Of a stretch of 64,000 bases of DNA, positions 47,003-56,191 are shown piece after piece. The stretch covers positions 7,713 through 71,712 of the forward strand of contig JBBIGP010000004.1 in the NCBI GenBank assembly GCA_037447475.1, given 5' to 3'. The notes under the pieces are model-generated. The model saw only the letters and a list, made by a program, of their open reading frames with translations, was not told where the DNA came from and ran no database searches. Every line of letters starts with the position of its first letter. The first letter of the stretch is position 1. The DNA comes from Candidatus Aminicenantes bacterium (GTDB taxonomy: Bacteria > Acidobacteriota > Aminicenantia > Aminicenantales > Saccharicenantaceae). The position numbers and the translations under genes are program-made.

Positions 47003-48574
47003 ATGGCGAACAAGACCCTTCACTACGCCCTGGTCAACCCGCTGTCCAAGTTCCTCGATAAGCCGGCCGCCGACTTCACCCGGGCCGACCTGCTCAGGGT
47101 CATCGAGGACCGGCAGATCGAGCGCATCACCTTCCACTACACGGCGGTCGACGGCAAGCTCAAGGAGCTCAAGATCCCGGTCGCCGGCCGGTCCCAGATC
47201 GAGGCCATCCTGGCCGAAGGCGAGCGGGCCGACGGCTCCTCGCTCTTCAAGGGCATGGTCGATATGGCTCTGTCGGACGTCTATATCGTGCCCCAGTACC
47301 GGTCGGCCTTTTTCAATCCGTTCGACGAGGGCAGCCTGGACTTCGTCTGCCGCTATCTGACCAAGGAGGGCGACCTCGCCCCGTTCACCCCGGACAACAT
47401 CCTGGCCCGGGCCGCTGCGATGTTCCGCCGGACGACCGGCCTCGAGTTCAACGCCCTGGGCGAGCTCGAGTTCTTCCTGCTCCTCGAGCCGTCGGACCGG
47501 AGGTACCCGGCCGAGCCTCAGCGCGGCTACCACGGCTCGTCTCCCTTCGTCCGCGGCGGCCCCATCCTCGACGAGATGCTGCGCCACATCGCCCGCGTCA
47601 CCGGGGCCGTCAAGTACGCCCACAGCGAGGTCGGCCTTGTGGACAGCCTGAAGAGCGACCTCGACGAGATCCGCGGCCGCCGGGCCGAGCAGATGGAGGT
47701 CGAGTACCTGCCCAAGCCCGTCGAGGACATGGCCGACGACCTGGTCATCGGCCGCTGGATCATCCGCAACACGGCCTACCGCCACAACGCGATCGCTACC
47801 TTCGCCCCCAAGCTCGAGGAAGGGGTGGCCGGCAGCGGCCTCCATTTCCATCTCGAGTTCACCAAGGACGGCCGCAACGTCATGGCCGGCCCCGACGGCA
47901 AGCTCACCGAGGCCGCCCGCAGGCTCGTCGGAGGCCTTTGCGAATACGCCGACTCGCTGACGGCTTTCGGCAACACGGTCTCTTCGGCCTACCTCCGCTT
48001 GGTCCCCCACCAGGAGGCCCCGACCCGCATCTGCTGGAGCGACCTCAACCGCAGCGCCCTCATCCGGGTGCCCCTCGGCTGGCACGGCCTCGGAAACCTG
48101 GCCCGGCGCGTCAATCCCCAAGAGACGGGGGAATTCGTCGACCCGCGCGGCGGCCGCCAGACCGTCGAGATCCGCAGCCCCGACGGCAGCGCCAACATCC
48201 ATCTGACCCTGGCCGGCATCTGCATGGCCGCCAACTGGGCTTTCGCCTCCGACCAGGACCTCCACAAGGACCATGGCCCTCTCGACCTCGCCGAGCGCCT
48301 CTACGTCAAGGGCAATATCTTCGCCGACAAGGAGCTCCTCAAGCGCCTGCCGACCCTGCCGTCGAGCTGTGTGGAATCGAGCCGCCTCCTCCTCAAGAAG
48401 CGGGCGCTTTACGAGCGCGACGGGATCTTCCCCCCGAGCGTCATCGACTGCGTCGCCCGCATGCTCCAGGCCGAGGACGACGAGGCCATGAACAAGAAGC
48501 TCGCCGGCCTGCCGGCCCACGAGCGGCTTCACGAGATCCGCAAGATCATGCACAAGGACCTCCACAAGCATTGA
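47003..48574 (+). CDS. glutamine synthetase catalytic-domain family protein (GS-like, divergent/type-III-like)
   Basis: Trimmed to MANKTLHYAL with AAAGGAG RBS; GS-like motifs GSGLHFHLEF and ...ICWSDLNRSALIRVP...; ~520 aa with extra N- and C-terminal regions. Confidence 0.7.
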   Translation: MANKTLHYALVNPLSKFLDKPAADFTRADLLRVIEDRQIERITFHYTAVDGKLKELKIPVAGRSQIEAILAEGERADGSSLFKGMVDMALSDVYIVPQYRSAFFNPFDEGSLDFVCRYLTKEGDLAPFTPDNILARAAAMFRRTTGLEFNALGELEFFLLLEPSDRRYPAEPQRGYHGSSPFVRGGPILDEMLRHIARVTGAVKYAHSEVGLVDSLKSDLDEIRGRRAEQMEVEYLPKPVEDMADDLVIGRWIIRNTAYRHNAIATFAPKLEEGVAGSGLHFHLEFTKDGRNVMAGPDGKLTEAARRLVGGLCEYADSLTAFGNTVSSAYLRLVPHQEAPTRICWSDLNRSALIRVPLGWHGLGNLARRVNPQETGEFVDPRGGRQTVEIRSPDGSANIHLTLAGICMAANWAFASDQDLHKDHGPLDLAERLYVKGNIFADKELLKRLPTLPSSCVESSRLLLKKRALYERDGIFPPSVIDCVARMLQAEDDEAMNKKLAGLPAHERLHEIRKIMHKDLHKH

Positions 48575-48582
48575 CCCGCGAC

Positions 48583-49629
48583 ATGATGACCCCGCTCGAG
48601 CGTTGGCGGGCCGTACTCGAGGGCCGCAAGCCCGACCGCGTCCCCATGGACTACTGGGGCACCGAAGAAGCCACCCGCAACCTCATGCGCCACCTCGGCT
48701 GCCGGACCCGGCGCGAGGCCCTCCGCAGGCTCCGCGTCGACTACGAAGTGCGCGTCAAGCCGCGCTATATCGGCCCGCGCCTGCCCCGCATGACGGACGA
48801 GTTCGGCCGCCGCTTCCGGAAGGTCGACTACGGGACCGGCGCCTACCGGGAATGCATCCATTTTCCGCTGGCCGGCTTCCGGTCGGTCGCCGAAATCGAG
48901 CGCGGGTATATCTGGCCCTGCCCCGACTGGTGGGACTACTCCGATATCGCCGCCCAGGTCCGCGGCCACGAGGAGTATCCCATCCGCGGCGGAGGGTCGG
49001 AGCCGTTCCTCATCTACAAGGAGCTCCGGGGCCAGGAACAGGCCTTCGTCGACCTCATCGAGAACCCGGAGATCGTCCGCTATGGCCTGGGGAAGCTCTT
49101 CTATCTGGCCTACGAGAACACGGTCCGGATCTTCGAGCGCCTCCCCGGCCGGGTGACCATCTGCTACATCGCCGAGGACATGGGCGGCCAGACCGACATG
49201 ATGATCTCGGTCCGCCATGTCCGCGAATTCCTCCTGCCCGGCATGAAGCGGATGATCGACCTCGTCCACTCGGCGGGCGCCTACGTCTTCCACCACAACG
49301 ACGGCAGCTGCTGGCGCATCGTCCCCGACATGATCGCGCTCGGCATCGACATCCTCAATCCCCTCCAGTGGCGATGCCCCGGCATGGAACGTGAGCGGCT
49401 CAAGGCCGAGTTCGGCCCGAAGGTCGTCCTCCACGGGGGAGTGGACAATCAGTTCACGCTCCCGTTCGGAACGGTCGAGGACGTCCGCCGCGAGGTCGAG
49501 GACAACCTGCGCATCCTGGGCGCGGGCGGCGGCTACATCCTGGCCCCCTGCCACAACATCCAGGCCAACACCCCCCCGGAGAACGTCGTGGCCATGTACG
49601 AAGCCGGCCTCGAGCTCGGCCGGACCTAG
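48583..49629 (+). CDS. uroporphyrinogen decarboxylase (URO-D) superfamily protein (UroD/MtaA-like)
   Basis: 348 aa; ...RVPMDYWGTEE...ICYIAEDMGGQTDMMIS...GIDILNPLQW...GGGYILAPCHNIQANTPPENV, the (Glu/Asp)...pattern of URO-D/MtaA-CmuA TIM barrels. Confidence 0.7.
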   Translation: MMTPLERWRAVLEGRKPDRVPMDYWGTEEATRNLMRHLGCRTRREALRRLRVDYEVRVKPRYIGPRLPRMTDEFGRRFRKVDYGTGAYRECIHFPLAGFRSVAEIERGYIWPCPDWWDYSDIAAQVRGHEEYPIRGGGSEPFLIYKELRGQEQAFVDLIENPEIVRYGLGKLFYLAYENTVRIFERLPGRVTICYIAEDMGGQTDMMISVRHVREFLLPGMKRMIDLVHSAGAYVFHHNDGSCWRIVPDMIALGIDILNPLQWRCPGMERERLKAEFGPKVVLHGGVDNQFTLPFGTVEDVRREVEDNLRILGAGGGYILAPCHNIQANTPPENVVAMYEAGLELGRT

Positions 49630-49647
49630 GTCTTTTTCCGCAGAAGC

Positions 49648-51207
49648 TTAGTCTGCGCCGCCGGGCTTCAGTCCCCCGCGCTGGGCCTTGAACTCGGGGA
49701 TGAGGCGCTTCCACAGGGAATTGAACCGGTCTTGAAGTTCGGCGTAAGTCGCCGCGTTGGCCGGGTCGGTCACGGCCGCCAACTTGCCCAGCGAAACGCG
49801 TTCGTCGGTGATCTCGGCGATCGTCACTTTCTCGCCCTTCTCCCGGAGGAAGCACCAGATCGATTGGAGGGCCGCCCCGAAAGCGGCCGCCTCCTGTTCC
49901 TGGAGCGTGACGACCGGCGCGCCCAGGACGTCGGCCGCGATCTGCAGCCAGAGCCGGCTCTTGGCGCCGCCTCCCGTGGCCCGGATCTCGCTCGGCTCGA
50001 GCCCGAGCTTTCGCATCCTGGCCATCCCGTACCCGAGGTTGAGGATGGCCCCTTCCATGACGGCCCGGGCGATATGGGCCGCGTCGAAGCTCCGGCGGTC
50101 GAGTCCGAAAAGAACGGCGCACGCGAAGGGCAGCGCCGGGACCCGCTCGCCGTCGACGAACGGCAGGAAGAGAAGCCCGCCGGCCCCGGCCGGCGCCGAA
50201 CGGGCCAGGGCCTCGAGGCGGACGTTGTCGATCCTGAAGAGCGGCTTGACGAGCTCGGTCGTGTTGGTGACGTTCATCGTGCAGAGGAGCGGGAGCCAGC
50301 CCCCCGTGCTGTCGCAGAAGGATGCGATCTCGCCCCGGGGATCGACGAACGGCTTTGCGGAATACGAATAGACCGTCCCCGACGTCCCCAGGCTCAGCGT
50401 GCAGGCGCCGGGCTTGACATTGCCGCTGCCGACGGCGCCCATCATGTTGTCGCCGCCGCCGCCCGAGACGAGGACCTTGCCGAACCCGAAGCGGGCCGCA
50501 ACGCTCTTCTTTATCAGGCCCGCCGGCTCGGCCGGGTGGCTGAGGCGCGGGAGCTTGACGGCCAGGCCGGGATCGACGGTCCGGACGGCCTGCGGGCTCC
50601 ATCGTCGCCGCCGGACATCCATGAGACCGGTCCCCGACGCGTCGCCGTATTCCATATGGATGCGGCCGGTCAGGTGGTAGTTCAGATAATTGTGGGGCAG
50701 GAGAACGGCCGCGAGCTTCGCGAAGTTTTCAGGCTCGCGGCGCTTGAGCCAGAGGATCTTTGAGATCGTGTAGCCGACCGCCGGGGCGATGCCCAGCTTC
50801 TTGATCCAGCCTTTCGCCCCGCCGAGCCGGGCCAGCAGCTCCTCGGTCTCCTCGATGGTCGAGGTGTCGTTCCAGAGCTTGGCCGGCCGGATGGGCCGGC
50901 CCTTGCCGTCGAGCGGAACGAACCCATGCTGTTGCCCGGAAACGCCCAGCGAGACGACGCTCCGGGGCTCGACCCGGGACTCCCGGAGGGCCGCGGCCAG
51001 CGCCTTGTCCATGGCCCGGACCCAGGTCGCCGGGTCCTGCTCGCTGGCCCCCGGGCCGAGCCCGGCGATCATTTCGTGGGGCGCGTATCCGCGGCCGAGG
51101 ACGCGGCCCGAATCGAAGTCGACGACGAGGGCTTTCGTGCCTTGGGTGCCGGAATCGATGCCGACGGCGCATCTCGCGCTTTTCGCCCGCGACGGTATAT
51201 TTTTCAT
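49648..51207 (-). CDS. FGGY-family carbohydrate kinase (xylulokinase-like)
   Basis: Trimmed to MKNIPSRAKSARCAVGIDSGTQGTKALVVD (N-terminal ATPase phosphate-1 motif); ...GVSGQQHG..., ...LSLGTSGTVY..., ...GGGAKSRLWLQIAADVLGAPV. Confidence 0.85.
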   Translation of the reverse strand: MKNIPSRAKSARCAVGIDSGTQGTKALVVDFDSGRVLGRGYAPHEMIAGLGPGASEQDPATWVRAMDKALAAALRESRVEPRSVVSLGVSGQQHGFVPLDGKGRPIRPAKLWNDTSTIEETEELLARLGGAKGWIKKLGIAPAVGYTISKILWLKRREPENFAKLAAVLLPHNYLNYHLTGRIHMEYGDASGTGLMDVRRRRWSPQAVRTVDPGLAVKLPRLSHPAEPAGLIKKSVAARFGFGKVLVSGGGGDNMMGAVGSGNVKPGACTLSLGTSGTVYSYSAKPFVDPRGEIASFCDSTGGWLPLLCTMNVTNTTELVKPLFRIDNVRLEALARSAPAGAGGLLFLPFVDGERVPALPFACAVLFGLDRRSFDAAHIARAVMEGAILNLGYGMARMRKLGLEPSEIRATGGGAKSRLWLQIAADVLGAPVVTLQEQEAAAFGAALQSIWCFLREKGEKVTIAEITDERVSLGKLAAVTDPANAATYAELQDRFNSLWKRLIPEFKAQRGGLKPGGAD

Positions 51208-51401
51208 GCTCCCGCCTTTCGTCCGAGGAACACATCGTGATGAAGAATCGGCTTCATTGTAAGGAAGCCCGCGCGGAGGTGTCAACCGCGCTCGATATCA
51301 ATGGGCGGCAATCTCATAGCTTTGTCAGCGGCCGGACCTTGACATGCCATGAAGGGAGCCATAGAATGGCTCAACCCGAGCGTCGTGATAGCGAGAGACC
51401 G

Positions 51402-51965
51402 ATGAAGAGAACACACCTTAGGTTGTTGATCGCGGCGATCTTGGTCCTGACGGCCGGCAAAGCATGGGGGGCCGGGTTTTCGCTGACGCTCAAAGGCGGC
51501 TATTTCATGCCCGCCGACCAGGTATTCAAGGACGTCTACGGGAGCGGCCCCATCTTCGGGGCGGAGTTCGCGGCCCCGCTCGCCGGCGGCCTCCACGTCT
51601 GGACCGGGGCCGAGATCTTCACGAAGAAGGGCCTTCTCCCGGTGACCGAGGAGGAGACGAGCGCCCGCATCGTGCCCGTCTTCGCCGGGCTCCGCTATCA
51701 CGTCGGGTCCTCTTCCGTCCGGCCCTATCTCGGCGCCGCCGCCGGCTATTTCATGCTCCACGAGGAGAACCCCCTGGGCACGGCCAACGAGAGCGGCTTC
51801 GGGTTCCTCGTCCGCGGGGGCCTGCTCGTCAAGATCGCCGGCCCTCTCTCGCTCGACCTGCACGGGAATTATTCCGGGTGCACCATCAAGTCCGACGATC
51901 CCGACCCGCTCGAGGCCAAGATCGGCGGGCTCCAGGCCGGCGGCAGCCTGGTCATCCGGTTCTGA
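51402..51965 (+). CDS. small outer-membrane beta-barrel protein (OmpW/OmpA-beta-barrel-like)
   Basis: Trimmed to MKRTHLRLLIAAILVLTAGKAWG signal peptide; alternating amphipathic beta strands; C-terminal ...GGSLVIRF. Confidence 0.55.
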   Translation: MKRTHLRLLIAAILVLTAGKAWGAGFSLTLKGGYFMPADQVFKDVYGSGPIFGAEFAAPLAGGLHVWTGAEIFTKKGLLPVTEEETSARIVPVFAGLRYHVGSSSVRPYLGAAAGYFMLHEENPLGTANESGFGFLVRGGLLVKIAGPLSLDLHGNYSGCTIKSDDPDPLEAKIGGLQAGGSLVIRF

Positions 51966-52041
51966 CCGGCCTCCGCCGCTTGAAAAACCGCGGCTGGCCC
52001 GCTACACTGGATTCCCACGGAACGAAGATCCTGGAGAAGCC

Positions 52042-52671
52042 ATGAGCACCGTCCTCAGATCCCTTGGCGCCGCCGCCGCCCTGTTCATGCTAACCGTCTC
52101 CTCCTTCGCCGTCCTCAGCCCGGGAGATACGCTCATCCCGTTCTCCCTGCTCGACGTCGACAACAGGGAATACACGGTCTTCCTGGAGGACGGCAGGCTG
52201 ACCCTGACCGTCTCCGAGACGGCGGTGGGCGGGACCCGGACTGTCAAGTCCTATCCGGACGCGGTCCTCGTCGATTTCTGGGCGACATGGTGCGTCCCTT
52301 GCCGCAAGGCCATGCCCCACCTGCAAAGCCTCTTCGAGAAGTTCGGGCCGGCCGAGGGCCAGGAAGAGGGCGGGCTGTGGGTCATCGGCATCGCCCTCGA
52401 CGACGCCGGCTCGAAGGTCGTCCGGCCGTTCTATCGCAAGCTCAAGATCACCTACCCCATCCTCGCCGACTCTTCCAAGGGGGGAGCCGCCGCCGGGACG
52501 GTCATCTCGGCCAAGGATATGATGAGCCGCTACAAGGTCCAGGAGATCCCCGTCGTCTATCTCATCGACGCCCGAGGCCGCATCACCCATGTCCATGTCG
52601 GGTTCAAGGAGGAGTTCGTCGCCGAGCTCGATCACGCCGTGATGGGTCTGGTCAAGGGCAAGACGCCATGA
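52042..52671 (+). CDS. TlpA/ResA-like thiol:disulfide oxidoreductase (thioredoxin fold, exported)
   Basis: Signal peptide; WATWCVPCRKAMPHL CxxC active site in TlpA-like context. Confidence 0.8.
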   Translation: MSTVLRSLGAAAALFMLTVSSFAVLSPGDTLIPFSLLDVDNREYTVFLEDGRLTLTVSETAVGGTRTVKSYPDAVLVDFWATWCVPCRKAMPHLQSLFEKFGPAEGQEEGGLWVIGIALDDAGSKVVRPFYRKLKITYPILADSSKGGAAAGTVISAKDMMSRYKVQEIPVVYLIDARGRITHVHVGFKEEFVAELDHAVMGLVKGKTP

Positions 52672-52802
52672 AGCGCAAGCTCCCCTGGGTCCTGCTGGCG
52701 CTCTTTTCGGGGCTCATGGTCGCCGGTCTCCTGCTCGGCGAATACAAGGTCGTCTTGGAGAAGGCCGTCATGGTCTGTCTCGACTGCATCGGGATCGGAT
52801 GA
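52668..52802 (+). CDS. 44-aa membrane mini-protein with C-terminal CxxC (MKRKLPWVLLALFSGLMVAGLLLGEYKVVLEKAVMVCLDCIGIG)
   Basis: ATGA overlap with tlpA stop; one TM helix then VCLDCIG; sits between thioredoxin-like and polyferredoxin genes; could also be a non-coding spacer. Confidence 0.35.
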   Translation: MKRKLPWVLLALFSGLMVAGLLLGEYKVVLEKAVMVCLDCIGIG

Positions 52803-53695
52803 AAAAGCCCAGGGACAGAAGAGCTTGGTACCAGGCGGCGAGCGCCCTGGCCATGAACGCCTGGCTCCCGGGCTGGCTCAAGGGCCGCATCTTCCAGGGC
52901 GGAATCAAGGGCGTCTGCGTCCCGGTCCTCAACTGCTACTCGTGCCCTTCGGCCCTCGGCGCGTGTCCCATCGGGGCCATGCAGACCTCGTTCGGAGGGC
53001 TGCGCTTCAACCTGTCGATCGCCGAGAAGAAGTTCGGGCTCTACGTCATCGGCTTCCTCGGCGCGGTCGGCGCTCTGGTCGGCCGGCTGCCCTGCGGTTG
53101 GCTCTGCCCCTTCGGCTTTTTCCAGGAGCTCGTCCACAAGATCCCCTCGCCCAAGGTCCGGATGCCGTCGTTCTTCTCCTATTTCCGGTACGTCTTCCTG
53201 GCCGTCTTCGTCGTCGCGCTGCCCCTCCTCGTCGTCGACGAGTTCGGCTTCGGGGAGACCTGGTTCTGCAAATGGATCTGCCCGGCCGGGACCCTCGAGG
53301 CCGGCCTGCCCCTCGTCGCCCTCAACGCCAACCTGCGGGCCCTCGTCGGCTTCATGTATTACTGGAAGGTCGGGCTGCTCGTCCTGTTCATGGCCGCCAT
53401 GGTCCTCGTCCGCAGGCCCTTCTGCCGGGCCGTCTGCCCGCTGGGCGCGATCCTCGGCCTGTTCAACAAGGCGAGCATCTTCCGGATGGCCGTGGACGAC
53501 GAGAAGTGCACGCGATGCGACCAGTGCCTGAAGGACTGCCCCGCCGGCATCCGGATCTACGAGTCGGCCGACACTCCGGATTGCGTCCGCTGCCTCAAGT
53601 GCGTCTCCTCGTGCAAGTACGGGGCCGTGAGCTACTCGTTCCTCAAGAAGCGCGAGGTCGCCGAGGACTTGAGGGCCGCCCGCGGCCGGGCCTGA
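52799..53695 (+). CDS. membrane-bound polyferredoxin (NapH/MauN-like 4Fe-4S protein)
   Basis: 298 aa; TM helices carrying CxxC pairs (CYSCPSALGACP, CGWLCPFG, CKWICPAG, CRAVCPLG) and C-terminal 2x CxxCxxCxxxCP ferredoxin motifs (CTRCDQCLKDCP; CVRCLKCVSSC). Confidence 0.75.
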   Translation: MKKPRDRRAWYQAASALAMNAWLPGWLKGRIFQGGIKGVCVPVLNCYSCPSALGACPIGAMQTSFGGLRFNLSIAEKKFGLYVIGFLGAVGALVGRLPCGWLCPFGFFQELVHKIPSPKVRMPSFFSYFRYVFLAVFVVALPLLVVDEFGFGETWFCKWICPAGTLEAGLPLVALNANLRALVGFMYYWKVGLLVLFMAAMVLVRRPFCRAVCPLGAILGLFNKASIFRMAVDDEKCTRCDQCLKDCPAGIRIYESADTPDCVRCLKCVSSCKYGAVSYSFLKKREVAEDLRAARGRA

Positions 53696-53723
53696 GATCC
53701 GGGACTCTCCCCGCCCTTGGTCC

Positions 53724-56162
53724 CTACTTGACGACGACCTTGTCCCGCCAAACGGGATCGGACCGCCCGTCGCCGTCGGCGTCAACATAAATGGGGTTTG
53801 TCAGGGCGTAGGGAAGTGCGGCGTTCTCCGCCTGCCCGTCGCCGGAGCGGCGCTGGACGAGAGGGAAGAGCGACGCCCGGCCGACGACCTCGACGGCGAT
53901 CCAGGCGTCGCGCCCGAGCGTGAGCCGGACGCGGTCGCGGAACTTGACGACCGCGCCGGGCCTCGTCCGGACGGCCAGCGGTTCCCGCCGCAGGCCGTCG
54001 ACGACAACCCGGACCTCCGAGACATCCATCCACGGCGCTCCCGTCACTGTGATGTCCAGGTCGACGCGCCCGTTCCGGGCCGTCACGAGGTCCCCGAACG
54101 TCGCCCGGCCGTTGGCCCGGACGGCGACGACCGGCCCGGTGCTGACGAAGGACCGGCCCGCCTTGACGGCCTCGACGAGGGCCCCGGCGTCGAGCCCGGC
54201 GCCCTTGGGCCCCTTGTAGAGAACGTAGGTCCGGGCGTATCCCGGCTCGCCGCCGTCGATCGTGTGGGCGTCGGAGGTCCCGACGATCCGGATGGGATAA
54301 CCCCGATTGAGCAGGTGGAACCAGTCCTCGATGGACTGGCGGTTGGCCTCGTTGACGGCCGGCCCGTTCATGGCCTCCATGACGTCGAACCTCAGGTCGA
54401 AGGGCGCGGCCGCGGTCGCCGCGAACTCGGGGTCCAGCTGATAGGACGCGAAATAGTCCAGGCCGGGCGTGCGGGGATGGTTGACGTGGATGAGCGTCCC
54501 GGGGTTCTTCTCCCGGCTGAGGGAGAACAGCGTGCCCGGGGTCTCGTCCCGGACGCTGACAGCCCCGCGGCCGGGTTCGCCGGGCCTGACGGCGTCGGGG
54601 AAGGTGTTGTAGTGGAGGCTGCCCGTCCGGGCCGTGACCTCGTTCCCCGGGATGACCGCGAGGAACGCGTCCAATCCCAGGGCCTTCAAGTCGGGCTCGT
54701 AGTCCGTGACGAAATTGTGATCGGAGGCCACGGCGACCTCGATGCCCTCGGCGATGACGCTCCGCAGGCGCTCGGGGATGCCAACGGCCCCGTCCGAGTT
54801 CCGGGTGTGCATGTGGGAGTCGAGGGAGATGAGCCCCCGGGTGTCGACCGCTTTCTCGATCGTCAGGTCGAGCTGAAGGTTCTCGCCGTTGAGGACCTCG
54901 ATGACCCTCGTTTCCCGCGTGTATTCGGGGCCCCGGGAGCAGGCCACGAGATAGGTCCCGACGGGCAGCTGGACTTCGAGGACGTCATTCATCGGGAAGA
55001 CGGAGTTCTTGAAGGTCTCCCAGCTCCGGCCGGTCTCGATCGGGTCGTCGGGTTCGAAATAGGGGGAGGGGATCGGAGCCAACCCGATGAACGAGACTTT
55101 GCCCGGCACGTGCCTGCCGCGTCCGTCCCTTATCGCGATCTTGAGGCTGCCGAACGCCGGGACGGCCAGCTTCCATGACCGGCTCTCCGGCCGGCCGTCA
55201 ATCGCGAAGACCCGCTCGACGACCGCCGGGAAGAAATGGGCCTGAGCGCGGTACGTCCCTTTCGGCGCCGGGAACGAGATGGGGGCCGCCCGGCCGAGGA
55301 ACGTCCGGAAGAAAACGGCTCCGGTGGCGGGCTCCCGGACCAGGATCTCGACCGGGCCGTCGAACTCGCCGAGGTCGAGCTTGACTATCTCGGTCGCGGC
55401 GCCCGCCAGCCGGTAGATGCGCTCGAGGACGTCCGCGATGTCCGTGCCGGTCAGAAGACCGTAGGCGACCTTGTGGACCTGGCCGGGGCGCAGGGTGCCT
55501 GGCAACGGCTTGTCCGAGGTTTCTACAGGGTTCGGATTGAACCAGGCCAGAACATGGTCGGGCCGCTCCCAGACGCGGAAATTCAGCTTCGGAAAGGCCT
55601 CGGCATGGAAGGGGCTGAAATTGAAGTTCTGGGCGGCGCTGGCCCCCAAGCCGAAGCTCAAGTCCTCGACCACCGCCTTGCCTGCGTTCCGGATCTCGGA
55701 CGTGACGGAGATCCTGCCGGCGTCGAAGGCAAAATCGTAGCGGGTCCTGATCTCGAGCCGGGCCCCGCCGGGGCCTTCGCAGGAGGAGAGCGCGACGATG
55801 CCCGTGCCGGACCGCTCGACCGACCGGGTCGAAGCGGCCAGCGCCTTCCCGGCGATCCGCACAGCCGGCGCCCCGAACTGGGCCATGAGCCTTTTCTCGG
55901 CGCCTTTCGGCGCGAAGGCCAGCACGAAGCCGTTGATCTCGGGGTGGTCGTAGTTGATGGTCGAGAACATCGTCCGCGGCGAGCCGGCGACGACGGCCGT
56001 GTATTTCCCGTCGGTGACCAGGAGATCGCCTTTCCGGACGAACTCCCGCCACGGGGCAGGGAGCTCTCCCGTGTCCTCGACGGTCTTGATCTCGAGGCTC
56101 GCGGCGAGGACCGGGCCGCAAAGGAGCAGGACGAGGATGGCCAGACGGGCGGCTTTTTTCAT
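53724..56162 (-). CDS. large secreted protein with C-terminal PHP-type (CehA/McbA-like) metal-dependent hydrolase domain
   Basis: Trimmed to MKKAARLAILVLLLCGPVLAAS; PHP motifs ISLDSHMHTRNSDG, VAVASDHNFV, IVGTSDAHT; N-terminal ~450 aa without recognisable motifs. Confidence 0.55.
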   Translation of the reverse strand: MKKAARLAILVLLLCGPVLAASLEIKTVEDTGELPAPWREFVRKGDLLVTDGKYTAVVAGSPRTMFSTINYDHPEINGFVLAFAPKGAEKRLMAQFGAPAVRIAGKALAASTRSVERSGTGIVALSSCEGPGGARLEIRTRYDFAFDAGRISVTSEIRNAGKAVVEDLSFGLGASAAQNFNFSPFHAEAFPKLNFRVWERPDHVLAWFNPNPVETSDKPLPGTLRPGQVHKVAYGLLTGTDIADVLERIYRLAGAATEIVKLDLGEFDGPVEILVREPATGAVFFRTFLGRAAPISFPAPKGTYRAQAHFFPAVVERVFAIDGRPESRSWKLAVPAFGSLKIAIRDGRGRHVPGKVSFIGLAPIPSPYFEPDDPIETGRSWETFKNSVFPMNDVLEVQLPVGTYLVACSRGPEYTRETRVIEVLNGENLQLDLTIEKAVDTRGLISLDSHMHTRNSDGAVGIPERLRSVIAEGIEVAVASDHNFVTDYEPDLKALGLDAFLAVIPGNEVTARTGSLHYNTFPDAVRPGEPGRGAVSVRDETPGTLFSLSREKNPGTLIHVNHPRTPGLDYFASYQLDPEFAATAAAPFDLRFDVMEAMNGPAVNEANRQSIEDWFHLLNRGYPIRIVGTSDAHTIDGGEPGYARTYVLYKGPKGAGLDAGALVEAVKAGRSFVSTGPVVAVRANGRATFGDLVTARNGRVDLDITVTGAPWMDVSEVRVVVDGLRREPLAVRTRPGAVVKFRDRVRLTLGRDAWIAVEVVGRASLFPLVQRRSGDGQAENAALPYALTNPIYVDADGDGRSDPVWRDKVVVK

Positions 56163-56191
56163 GGATTCGGACCTCCTCAAGGAAGAATGAC

